NCBI GenBank assembly: GCA_051362555.1 | Contig: CM120644.1 | Coordinates: forward strand, 25,442,534 to 25,506,533 | DNA from: Lingula anatina | Taxonomy: Eukaryota; Animalia; Brachiopoda | Direction: 5' to 3' | Length of the DNA: 64,000 nucleotides | Shown: positions 1 through 10,842 of the stretch, one piece after another | How positions within the stretch are numbered: the first letter of the stretch is position 1 | How the letters are laid out: every line of letters begins with the position of its first letter | Position numbers and translations under genes: made by a program | The notes under the pieces: generated by a model | The model's database searches: none | The model's input: only the letters and a program-made list of their open reading frames with translations | What the model was told of the DNA's origin: nothing

Positions 1-547
1 TGCTGCTGACCTCTTTCCCCATTGTCTTGAGTTGTTCCATTGAATACTCGTACGACTGGGCTATCTGCACGGCTTTGTCGAGTGTCAGCTAGTCACCTTC
101 ATTTATGAGCTTTTCCCTCACTTTCTCTGATGAGGTACCAAATACGATCCTGTCTCGGATCATCTCTTCTGCATTTGTGTATGCACAGTCAACAGCAAGT
201 GTCCGCAAACGAGTAATAAATTGTTCAACGGTAGATGCACCTTGAGTTTCATTGTTAAACTTGAACCGCGCGAAGATGGGATTCAGTTTCGGCTGCACAT
301 GGGCTTTAAAACGGTCATAATATGACTGCAGCTTGTCTGGTTCGTCCAGATTTGTCCAAGTTGACTTTATTTCTCTCCCCTTGTCTCCTATCCATAACAA
401 GAGATAAGTCACCTTCACTTTCTCTTCCTTTTCCTTTAGTGGCCCATTAAAAATAAGTTCCACGAGACTGTGGAATTTTTTCCACTGTTCAGGAAGATTA
501 GACGCACTCCAGTCCATGGAAGGTGTTGGAATACCAGTGAGTTCCAT
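1..547 (-). pseudogene. Gypsy-like gag with an in-frame stop
   Basis: MELTGIPTPSMDW...WKKF...YLLLWIGDKGRE...ARFKFNNETQG...FITRLRTLAVDCAY...IRDRIVFG...REKLINEGD*LTLDKAVQIAQSYE matches the usual Gypsy gag pattern. TAG at 91-89 interrupts a frame that stays open to position 1. Confidence 0.8.
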
Positions 548-609
548 GCTAACAGTTAACACAATGTTAGAACTGCCACGGATCGTCACTGTTGCCTATG
601 TCTGGCAAC

Positions 610-623
610 CACTTCTGACACCA
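610..623 (-). promoter_or_regulatory. tRNA primer-binding site of the LTR element
   Basis: TGGTGTCAGAAGTG directly follows the LTR terminal CA. It is complementary to a tRNA 3' CCA end (tRNA-Leu-like, from recall). Confidence 0.75.
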
Positions 624-1284
624 TGTAATATGATGGCTCTTTACTGAGTCCAACGTGCTGGACTCTATTCAGGAGAGAGACAACAACAATGCGTCTGACT
701 TCTACGAAAGTTTATTGTGAAGTGCTAGGCTTGTATATACATGTACATTAAAAAGTATGAGGAACACCTGTTTACTTTAACAATGGCTGAGAACTGTCAT
801 CAAGTGTAATCTGTAGGTGACCAAGGGTCATTCAAAGAATGCCACTAATGGAAGCTTGTGAACTTTGATGACATTTACCAAAAACAAGAAGATAATGTTA
901 CAGTCTTAAGATCAAATTAAGAGTCCTTACTTAATCTTTAAGATTGCTTCAGCTAGTTTTAGACTTAAATTGCACTTTAATACCAAATCAGGGCCACTAG
1001 TGTTTATCACAGCAATATTGCAAATATCATCTTGAGTATGTGAAAACAGTTTCATTAAATCTCAGTTGTGATTGTCAGAAATTTGATTTACCTGTTGACT
1101 GTTTTGTCTGTTCACTCTGACAGACTTGGTCACAACTGAATTACTGTTTAGGTGAAGGTGAAGGTGAACAGGTAGTAACCTCAGTCTTGCTAGGTCAGTC
1201 CCTCTAGCCTCGTCCTCCTAGGGTGGATTTGACCATTTTTTGGGACTCTCAACTTGAGTATGCTGCAAGGCTCAAATTAAATTT

Positions 1285-1883
1285 CTGTGTCCCATCCCCC
1301 ATGTCCCATCCTCTGTCCCAACCTCTGTGTCCCATCCTCTGTCCCAACCTCTGTGTCCCATCCTCCATGTCCCATCCTCTGTCCCAACCTGTGTCCCATC
1401 CCCCATGTCCCATCCTCTGTCCCAACCTCTGTGTCCCATCCTCCATGTCCCATCCTCTGTCCCAACCTCTGTGTCCCATACTCTGTCCCAACCTCTGTGT
1501 CCCATCCTCCATGTCCCATCCTCTGTCCCACCCTCTGTGTCCCATCCCCCATGTCCCGACCTTCATGTCCAAACCTCTGTGTCCCATCCCCCATGTCCCA
1601 TCCACTGTCCCAACCTCTGTGTCTCATCTTCCGTGTCCCGTCTCCCATGTCTCATCCTCTGTCCCAACCTCTGTGTCTCATCTTCCGTGTCCCATCTCCC
1701 ATGTCCCATCCTCTGTTCCAACCTCTGTGTCTCATCTTCTGTGTCCCGTCTCCCATGTCCCATCCTCTCTGTCCCATTCTCTGTTCCTTCCTCTGTGTCC
1801 CGTCTTCCATGTCCCATCATCTGTACCCATCCTCCATGTCCCATCCTGTGTCCCATCCTTCATGTCCCATCCTTCATGTCCCA
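1285..1883. repeat. Degenerate pyrimidine-rich minisatellite (TGTCCCATCC/TGTCCCAACC core)
   Basis: Dozens of tgtccca-based subunits. It produces the spurious multi-frame ORFs at 1223-1947. Confidence 0.9.
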
Positions 1884-1924
1884 TACACTACTACACCACA
1901 CCATGCTTGATGACCCATGTCACA

Positions 1925-2060
1925 TGAGACATTTTGTCAGGACATGAGTGTCACTATCTGAGACATTTTGTCAGGACATGAGTGTCACTATCTGAGACAT
2001 TTTGTCAGGACATGAGTGTCACTATCTGAGACATTTTGTCAGGACATGAGTGTCACTATC
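1925..2060. repeat. 34-bp tandem repeat, 4 copies
   Basis: tgagacattttgtcaggacatgagtgtcactatc repeated exactly. Confidence 0.95.
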
Positions 2061-2212
2061 TGAACAGAAGCAGTAAATATCCATATAAAACATGGTTGCT
2101 TAATTAGTGATTTGACCAGTTGACTTTATAATCCTGATCAAATATTAAAGCCAATGTTATTTCCCTTACAGCTATCAGTATAGTCAAGTTGTGAAGTGTC
2201 TATAGTCCCAGT

Positions 2213-3894
2213 ATGAGTAAGAAGACAATCATTATCACAGGAGGCAATTCAGGCATTGGGTTTGCAGCAGCCAGAATCCTGGGTAGATCAGGAGACAAGT
2301 ATACAGTGATCTTAGCCTGTAGATCTGAGGAGAGAGGACAGGAGGCTGTGAGGACCATCAAAGAGGAAAGCCCCAATGCAGATGTGGTCTACATGAATGT
2401 GAGTACTTCAGTTTACAAAGTTGACAAAGTCTCACTTCATGTGGAGACCTTTTATTAATGTGATTGCCTATGTCAGATATATTACATATGAAAACAAATG
2501 AAGCACTTGTGAAGTTAATTGATGATAATTTTAAAGTAATATTTACTGCACTTCAATAAGGCAAAAAGAAAATATATCACAATTTAAGAAAGACTTTTAT
2601 CCACAGTTTTTACCAATTGAAGCTTCCCTTTCAAGTGTGATTTTATTTCTAGTTGGACCTGTCAAGTATGGCATCTGTTCACAAATTTGTGGAGAATTTT
2701 CATGCCAGCGGACGCAGGCTTCATGTTCTATGTAACAATGCAGGAATGAATGTGGGCAACACTTCCAACACACCACAGATTACCCAGGATGGCTTTGAAG
2801 TTACCATGGCAACAAATCATCTGGGTAAGTTACCATGGGAACAAATCTGGGTGAGTTACTATGGTATCAGATTATTTAGTAAGTTACCATGGGAACTAAT
2901 TTGGGTAAATTTCAAAGAAATCATACTGGGTAAGTTACAATTGTATGATGGAAACAGATAATTTGGGTGAATTACAAAGTTTTTTCTGTTTGTAAGTGAT
3001 TTTCAGATTTTCATGAAAATTTCATGGTGTTCTCATAAATGATTTTACAATATGCATATTCACGTTTGTTTCTTCAGTCACAATGTTCACCTAGCATTTA
3101 CATTTTCCATTTTTTCAAATATGAGTTTCTGTGTTTTTTTTTTTCTTTTCATCTTAATCCTAAAGGTTTTTTTGCTATTGTTGAATAATTGCCGTCAAAC
3201 AAATATTCAATCTCCAGATGTCAAACTTTAAAGATCAATGCACATGAATCTTTGAGCTCCTCTGAAAATAGTCTACATGTATAACCATTACATTTTAGTG
3301 CTCAGATAATATATGTGTGAGCTAATAGATTTTTTCCTCTGGGTACCTACTGTTGGTAGATGGAGAAATTGTAGAAAAAGTGAGTAATTTTAAGCTACTA
3401 GGAGTAACTCTGACCTCTGATCTCAAGTGGACAGGACATGTGCAGTTAATTTATTCCAAGTCTTGTGCCAAGCTTTTTTTATCTCAGGCAGTTGAAAAGG
3501 GCAAATCTGCCCACTGAGGATCTAATAGTTATATATCAATCAATAATTAGATCAGTCCTAGAATATGCATGCCCTGTGTGGGGGCCTGGTCTTACAGCCG
3601 AACAATGTGAATGCTTAGAATCTGTTCAAAAGCGAGCTCTTAGAATTATTTACCCATTTTATACCTACAAGTTTACCCTACAGGCTAGTAATCTCACCTC
3701 TCTGAGGGAGAGAAGAGACGTTTTATTTAAGAGCTATTTTACAAAAATCAAGAATTTTAATAAGTTACACCATCAGTTTAAAGAAAAGAATCCAAGAAGT
3801 CTCGGGGTCAGCAATAAATTTTTAATGCCAAGAGTGAAAACGGAGCGTTATAAATCATCCTTTATAATGCACAGTCTTTTAAATTTCATGTAAA

Positions 3895-3938
<44 letters not shown>

Positions 3939-6175
3939 ATGTAACTGATGTAAGAGAAGCAAGCTGTACAAGGATGGAAATATTAGTTAATTGTAATTAA
4001 TAAAATCACTTTTTGTTTATTAGAAATGAATTCTTTTAGTGGTTTATGTGAAATGTAAATGAAGACAAAAGTGTAATCTGAAAGCTTTAATTCCCAGGTC
4101 ACTTCCTCCTGACCAGTCTGCTGCTTGATGACTTGAAAAGTACAGCTCTTATTGAAGGGGACGCTAGAATAGTCGTCACTGCATCACAGTCACACGACAT
4201 TGTAAAGGCGAAGTTTAGTAAGTGAACTTTATCAAAGTTACTTAATTGTAACCGTGGTTTTTCCATGCTTCATACCAAAAAAATAAATTAATTACTACTA
4301 TAATTACCATCTCCTTTTATTCTGTGGGGCGTCTAGGGCACCAACAAAGGTCTTCTACTGCTCTCTGTCATGAGCTAGGTGTTGAATGGTTCCCCAGCTT
4401 TCTTCCAGTACAGTCCTTCTCCATATGGTCTTAAGTCTAAGGTCTGCTTCTTAATAAATTAATTAGGATTTTAACTAAATGTCTGATCCTCTCCACGTGA
4501 ATGGCTGTACTGATAAATTTATCATCTATATTTCAGTGGGCACTAAACCAACCAACTGGGATGATATGAACTACACTACATCCGATCCCTTCAGTTCCAC
4601 ACAGGCATATAAGGACTCCAAGCTGGCCAATGTGATGTTCACCAGAGAACTGGCCAAGAGACTGGAAGGCACCAATGTCACTGTCAACTGCTTCTGTCCA
4701 GGTAATATATATATATACACATGTCAACTGCTTCTGTCCAGGTAATATATATATATATATACACATGTCAACTGCTTCTGTCCAGGTAATATGTATTTAC
4801 ATGTCAACTGCTTCTGTCCAGGTAATATATATATATACACATGTCAACTGCTTCTGTCCAGGTAATATATATATATATATATATATATACACATGTCAAC
4901 TGCTTCTGTCCAGGTAATATGTATTTACATGTCAACTGCTTCTGTCCAGGTAATATATATATATACACATGTCAACTGCTTCTGTCCAGGTAATATATAT
5001 ATATATATATATATACACATGTCAACTGCTTCTGTCCAGGTAATATGTATTTACATGTCAACTGCTTCTGTCCAGGTAATATATATATATACACATGTCA
5101 ACTGCTTCTGTCCAGGTAATATATATATATATATATATATACACATGTCAACTGCTTCTGTCCAGGTAATATGTATTTACATGTCAACTGCTTCTGTCCA
5201 GGTAATATATATATATATATATATGTCAACTGCTTCTGTCCAGGTAATATATATATATATATATATATGTATATCTTTCTTCTAGGAATGATTCGTACCC
5301 AAATTGGTCGAAATACTGCTGGCTGTCTCAAGTTCTTGTACAACCTTTCTTTCTGCTGCTGTTGTTGTTTTGCACGCAGCGTGCACCAGGGTGGAAATGA
5401 CATTGTACAACTGGCTGTCAGCGATGTCGTAAAAGGTAAAGTAAATATATTATTGGTATTCCTGGTACAACTGGCTGTCAGTGATGTTGTAAAAGGTAAA
5501 GTAAATATATTATTGGTATTCCTGGTACAACTGGCTGTCAGTGATGTTGTAAAAGGTAAAGTAAATATATTATTGGTATTCCTGGTACAACTGACTGTCA
5601 GTGATGTCGTAAAAGGTAAAGTAAATATATTATTGGTATTCCTGGTACAACTGACTGTCAGTGATGTTGTAAAAGGTAAAGTAAATATATTATTGGTATT
5701 CCTGGTACAACTGACTGTCAGTGATGTCGTAAAAGGTAAAGTAAATATATTATTGGTATTCCTGGTACAACTGACTGTCAGTGATGTTGTAAAAGGTAAA
5801 GTAAATATATTATTGGTATTCCTGGTACAACTGACTGTCAGTGATGTTGTAAAAGGTAAAGTAAATATAATATTGGTATTCCAACTACAACTTACTGTCA
5901 GTGATGTTGTAAAAGGTAAAGATATATATTATTGGTATTCCTGGTACAACTGGCGGTAATCAGTTTCATTTGAGCATCAGTTGCAGTTAGTGTTGTCCAG
6001 CAGTGATATCAGCTTGTGATATTAAGACAACTTTATTTCAGGAGTAACTGGGCGTTACTTTATCAACCAGGAAGAAGTCACTCCTGCTGCCGAGGCCTTG
6101 GATGATGAAGCCTGTAAAAAGCTGTGGACCCTCAGTGAACAGATGGTGGGAGGGAAGAAGGAAGAAAAAGAATAG
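2213..6175 (+). CDS. Short-chain dehydrogenase/reductase, retinol dehydrogenase 11-14-like, 6 coding exons, 308 aa
   Basis: Exons 2213-2398, 2653-2824, 4098-4217, 4537-4701, 5286-5435, 6042-6175 (927 nt). All introns are GT-AG with consistent phases. Motifs: TGGNSGIG (Rossmann TGxxxGxG), ILACRS, LDLSS, NNAG, TNHLGHFLLT, catalytic YKDSK (YxxxK), CPGMIRT, GRYF, KLWTLSE. An acceptor at 2170-2171 implies a 5'UTR intron upstream. Confidence 0.9.
3345..3937 (+). mobile_element. 5'-truncated LINE (CR1/L2-group) 3' end with (ATT)n tail, in SDR intron 2
   Basis: Reads [24 protein letters not shown]...(frameshift)...LRQLKR...[17 protein letters not shown]...[12 protein letters not shown], typical of the C-terminal region after the reverse transcriptase domain. 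Stop at 3891-3893, then an (ATT)n tail. Confidence 0.8.
4300..4445 (-). mobile_element. RTE-clade LINE 3' remnant in SDR intron 3
   Basis: Minus strand reads [36 protein letters not shown], resembling RTE ORF C-termini (TWRRTV..W..A.DR..W..FV.AL). Confidence 0.55.
4682..5266 (+). repeat. Tandem array of the SDR exon 4 donor junction, 14 copies
   Basis: tgtcaactgcttctgtccag|gtaata(ta)n. Exon-end G at 4701, 4741, 4785, 4821, 4861, 4913, 4949, 4989, 5039, 5075, 5115, 5165, 5201, 5243. Confidence 0.95.
5405..5954 (+). repeat. 60-bp tandem array of the SDR exon 5 donor junction, 9 copies
   Basis: 31 nt of exon end (gtacaactggctgtcagygatgtygtaaaag) plus 29 nt of intron start (gtaaagtaaatatattattggtattcctg). 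Donors follow 5435, 5495 ... 5915. Confidence 0.95.
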
Positions 6176-7696
6176 AGTGAAGAGAGCCACCCCCTCCAAA
6201 AGTTTACTATGAAAGAGACTGACACATCAGCTAAAGAGATGCGTTTGATGAAAAATGAAGAAAAAAGTTGAATACTAGAATAATATTTCGAAATATGATA
6301 CTAAAGTGACTTTTAATTAGGCAGACGGCCATATTACTTCCTTTCTCCATATTGTTTATCCAGGAAATGTGCAAACATCTAGATTTGATGCTCAAGCAAA
6401 GTTCCATTTTCTTGGAAATTCCACGAATTATCTGAATACACTAAGCTTCTTTCAGCTTAGATTTATTAGTTATTATCCAAGCAGGTCTAGGAGCACTGTC
6501 CGTTTTGTCAAATCAGTGATGTATGTATGTGCATGTGCTTGTAATGTCCGCTAATTTTACACGAGGTTTATGCATCGCTATATTCTCTTCCTTTAGTGGT
6601 TTATTCTCAACTGATACCTTTTAATCTATTTTATTATTGACCAGTATTAACATACATTCCATTTTTACAGTTATTTCGCTTTTTATTTTTGTTGATTGTT
6701 TGTCAGTAATGTGTATAGATAGACAGATAGATAGATAGATAGATATACGTACCACCACCGCGGCGCTTAATTTCAAGGTCGAATGGGCCAAAATTTTGTA
6801 AAAGTGGGAATTTTTTGCAAATTTGTGCCGATTTTCAGAAACTACACAGACCTTACCTATAATATTCAGGGCAGGTGTTACTCTTCAGGTCATCTTTTAA
6901 TTCACGAGTTTGGGGTAAATCGGTGCACTTTCACGGAAGAAGCGGCCATTAGATGCCGAGAATGAAAATTCTCCCTAGTTCTGGAACCGTAAATGCTAGA
7001 GACCTCTTGTTTTTTACATGTTATAGAGCTTTTAAAGGGCTGACTTGTTTAGCTGACTGGTTTTTATTGTTTTAACAATATCACCTCATAACTGGTAATT
7101 TTGCATAGTGTTCTTTGCTATACATTTAATAATTTTATAGAGCAAGGCGTATGTGACTTGCTATAATTTCTGGCGTCAAACGAAGTACAAATATTTACAT
7201 ACTGTTATTATAAAATAATATATAGGGTAAATAAAAATATACTTTTGTGACATCTTTTTTGTTACGCTATGATTTCCCGTGGAGGCAGAAAATGAAGCAA
7301 CCAATGTTCAGACTATGACTTGATTTGACGTGGTATCAGTGTTGTTATAACTCCCGCTTGGTTTGGTATTCACAGACATGTAAACGCTACTCATTTGTTC
7401 CCCCCCCCCCCAAAAAAAAAAAAATGGATTCTGCCTCATATTGGCATTGATATATTAGCAAAATTATGTTAGTATTTCATTTCGTTTTTGTTTAAGGTTG
7501 ACCAAGAGGGCATACGCACCCCCGGGAGTCCCTGTGAAGTTAATGCGAATTAGCTAAGCCGACACAATTCATTGTGCACAGTCTCTTCGACGGCAACCCT
7601 TTCCTCTCTTCAATGGCTGTGTAATGTGGACTAATTAAGTATTATGTTTCTTGGCTATGGCTACCCCCCCCCCCCCCCCCCCCGCACACACACATA

Positions 7697-8845
7697 CACA
7701 CACTGGACAATAGAAGTGTCACCCCTACTGAACCAATACTTTGGGGGAGATAAATGACTGTGGAATGATATGCTCCTGGTTAGACGGGCATTTGTCAAAA
7801 GTTTTGACATATCATTCCACACATTTTCTATTATGTTTGCATCCGGACTCTGGGCAGGCCACATCACCCTGCGAATAACCTGTTGGTCAAACCAATCATC
7901 AACTGCTCTGGGCCTGTGACAAGGAGCATTGTCAACCTGGTGAACAAATGGATAATTCCTGTCATCAAACATGTTAGTAATAAATGGTAGCAAGCCTGAC
8001 TCCAAAGCATCGATATATTTCTAGTGATTCATGTTTCCATCAACCACTATCAATTCGCCCACGCCATGGATGCTGATGCAGCCCCACACCATGATACATA
8101 TGCTGCTCCGGTGCATGTGCATGTGGTTCAAATGCTTTACCAGCAGTTCGCCAGCATCGCACCCGTCTGTCATCAGAGGTCAGACCTAAGCGACACTTAT
8201 CAGAAAAAAATATGTAGGACCAATTGTCATGGACTGTCCAGTTCCAGATCCTGTTGACCCTAGTTCACTCTACGTTGCCTGTTTTGTAACGATATAAGAG
8301 GTTTCAGTCTTGCTACCCTGCTGTACACTCTATGAGCATGTAACCGACGCCTAGGAATTTTCACAGACACATTCTTATGTGTGAAATTGTTCCACTGCGT
8401 TGTCAACTGACAAGCAGTGTCGAACTTTGACAACCTGGACATCAAAATCAGTCGTCGGTCTTCACGGCCAGTAGTTTTTTTGGACGACCCATCAGAGGCA
8501 ATTTGTCTCTTGATCCAGTGTTTCTATACCGAGACCAGACCCTCTGCATGGTTCTGACTGAACAATTCAATTGTATCGATATTCTGACATTGCTTATATT
8601 CCGCCTCTTCAGGTTAATAACTTGACGCCTATAACCGTTAGATAATTGCCTGTATCTTGTCATATTGGAGGAAGACAGGAATAAAATTTGCTGTACTTGT
8701 ACAAGGCCAACAATACAATCCCATGGTAAAGCGGTTTTATACTCATTAGTCACATTATAAGTAGACCAGGTATTATAACTACCCAAGATCTGCCTACTTT
8801 TATTACTCTGATTTAGGGGGTAACACTTCTATTGTCCAGTGTGTG
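7697..8845 (-). mobile_element. Decayed Tc1/mariner (DD34E-type) DNA transposon
   Basis: TIRs cacacactggacaatagaagtgtcacccct / agggggtaacacttctattgtccagtgtgtg, with TA at 7695-7696 and 8846-8847. Frameshifted transposase from ATG 8663 on the minus strand: HTH region and GRPKK, ARLKPLIS, HQVDNAPCHR, WPAQSPDANIIENVW. Confidence 0.9.
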
Positions 8846-8929
8846 TACGTTCACACACACTCACTCTTACATTCGTTATGTTAACCGTGGGGGTTTATCT
8901 GAAGCGAGACCAGGTTATATATATATATA

Positions 8930-8964
<35 letters not shown>

Positions 8965-10804
8965 CACTTTCATCCCCAAACTGCTGATAGCAGGTCACCA
9001 GCCAAATGACCATAGTTAACCTGAGTAGTAATGAAGTCCATAAAACCACCATTTGATAATAGTATAACAACTAGAATGATATCCACGTGTTGTGGCATGA
9101 GTTTCGTTAATATGGGGCATATGTTCTTAAAGTGTTAGTTTTTTATCGTGTTTCCAAGTCCTTGGTTTTGGTTTTCCTGGCGTTCATTGTACGTGTGGGC
9201 AGGGGACGCGGGGGAAGGGGGGGGGGCAGCCCATTAAAGCTTATGAAACACCTGCGTGTCGTGTATGTGCGTGTATTGTATTACTTTGATAACGTTAATA
9301 AGAGAGAGAGCCTATTAGATAGTTCAGGTAGGGTTACACAGATAATGAGTCCCTAGTTCTCACAGTCCTTGGCATTATTAAGATATGGGTTATTAAGTAG
9401 CAGCTGATTCTGAGAACAATAGCACGAAGATTACATATACTGAAAAAAACTGTTTACACGAAGTAGGGAGAAATAAAGTGAAAGGCGGCGTGATGGCTTT
9501 AACCTACTTATTTTGAGGTATGCTACCTGCAGGCGCTGGAAATTCTCCGAAGTCATTTTTTCTGTCAACACATCGTGTAAAGCTACAAATCTTTCCCAGC
9601 GAAAACGTCAAAAGACTGTATTAAATGATGGGTTCTTCTAAAATCTTCAGGAAGGCATGGCACTTAATATGACTCATCATTTGGAACCAAATCATTCAAA
9701 TTAAAAACAAAATAAAACAGTGATCCCAGGTGCGACAACGGGTCCAGCAATAAAATTTTGAGTAGAAGGTACAAAATGCTCGATTCTATTGCTTTTAGGC
9801 ATGTTTCCTACACGTCAAATGAGGTAATTACTATTCATTGAACATCCAAACCTAATACACAGCTGCTTTTCACAAACTGAAGTGAACAAAACTTAAAATT
9901 GAATGAATTCAAAGTTGTATTCAATTTTTTAAAACGTGCATAGGACAAATATCCACGACCGTCTCCATTTTAATTTAATTTTAAATTTTTAACCATGCCT
10001 TTGCATTATGTAAGGAGCCTGAATGTAACGAATGCTCCGGTTAACGTATGTTCTGGGTCATTTAATTTTAATTTTTATATCGCGTTCCACTATATTTTGT
10101 ATTGATTCAATTAAATTATATATGACGTAATGATGTTTTATAAAGATTTAAACTGTAACTCAAGTGGCATTGCTTAATGGCTAATACTACAATGTAGGTA
10201 ACGCACGTAGTTCCCCCCCCAAAAAAAAATTCATCTTACCCAAGCAATTAGTGCAATAGAAAACATGCTTTTCTGTTGCTGACTGAAAATATATATTGTG
10301 ATTCCATGACAGTTTGTCATTTCTGAAACAACATTTGGACCAGGAGTAGAAAATACCTTATTCAATGTTTATTTTACTTTCAGTAGGGTGTATCCCCCTT
10401 TTTTAATATTCAGTGACACGCAAATTTAAGCCGCCAAAAACAATAAACTCCTCTATACAGAAGATAATCATAATTTTTACAAGGTTATACTTGAAAGAGA
10501 TAAATCAAAGAACAAAACCATCGATGATTGAATTTTCAAAGTGAGCAATACGTTTCCACAGCTGGACGTTATGCATTTGTGACAGTAACGTATGTTTTTT
10601 TTTTTATTATTCATGGTTCCAGAAGAGTGAAACTCTAATACGAACTTCATCAAGTGGGACCCTAGAATAAACAATCATACTTGCAATCTTTGCACTCAAT
10701 ATTTTGAAGAGCATGCCTGTGACTTTATTTGCACCGCTATATTGGGTTCGGGCGTTTGTGCACCATTGTACATGGGCATGTGAATGGGGGGCCTGGAGGA
10801 GTGT

Positions 10805-10842
<38 letters not shown>

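Larger units (their letters stand above)
1..902 (-). mobile_element. Ty3/Gypsy-type LTR retrotransposon, 5' end (LTR + PBS + gag); continues beyond the window start
   Basis: On the minus strand: putative LTR 902-624 (TGTAACA...ATATTACA, TG..CA termini, AATAAA at 716-711), followed immediately by a primer-binding site TGGTGTCAGAAGTG (623-610) and then a gag-like ORF. Confidence 0.85.

Noticed and set aside
89-91. TAG in gag as programmed stop-codon readthrough
   Set aside because: It falls inside gag where a Lys (AAG) is expected before LTLDKA, not at a gag-pol boundary. A point nonsense mutation is simpler.
1223-1947. Multiple long overlapping ORFs on both strands
   Set aside because: They arise from a stop-poor minisatellite and show no protein features.
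4682-5266. CRISPR-like array (constant repeat with variable spacers)
   Set aside because: The spacers are only (TA)n variants, the repeat is the exon 4 end, the context is a eukaryotic intron, and there are no cas genes.
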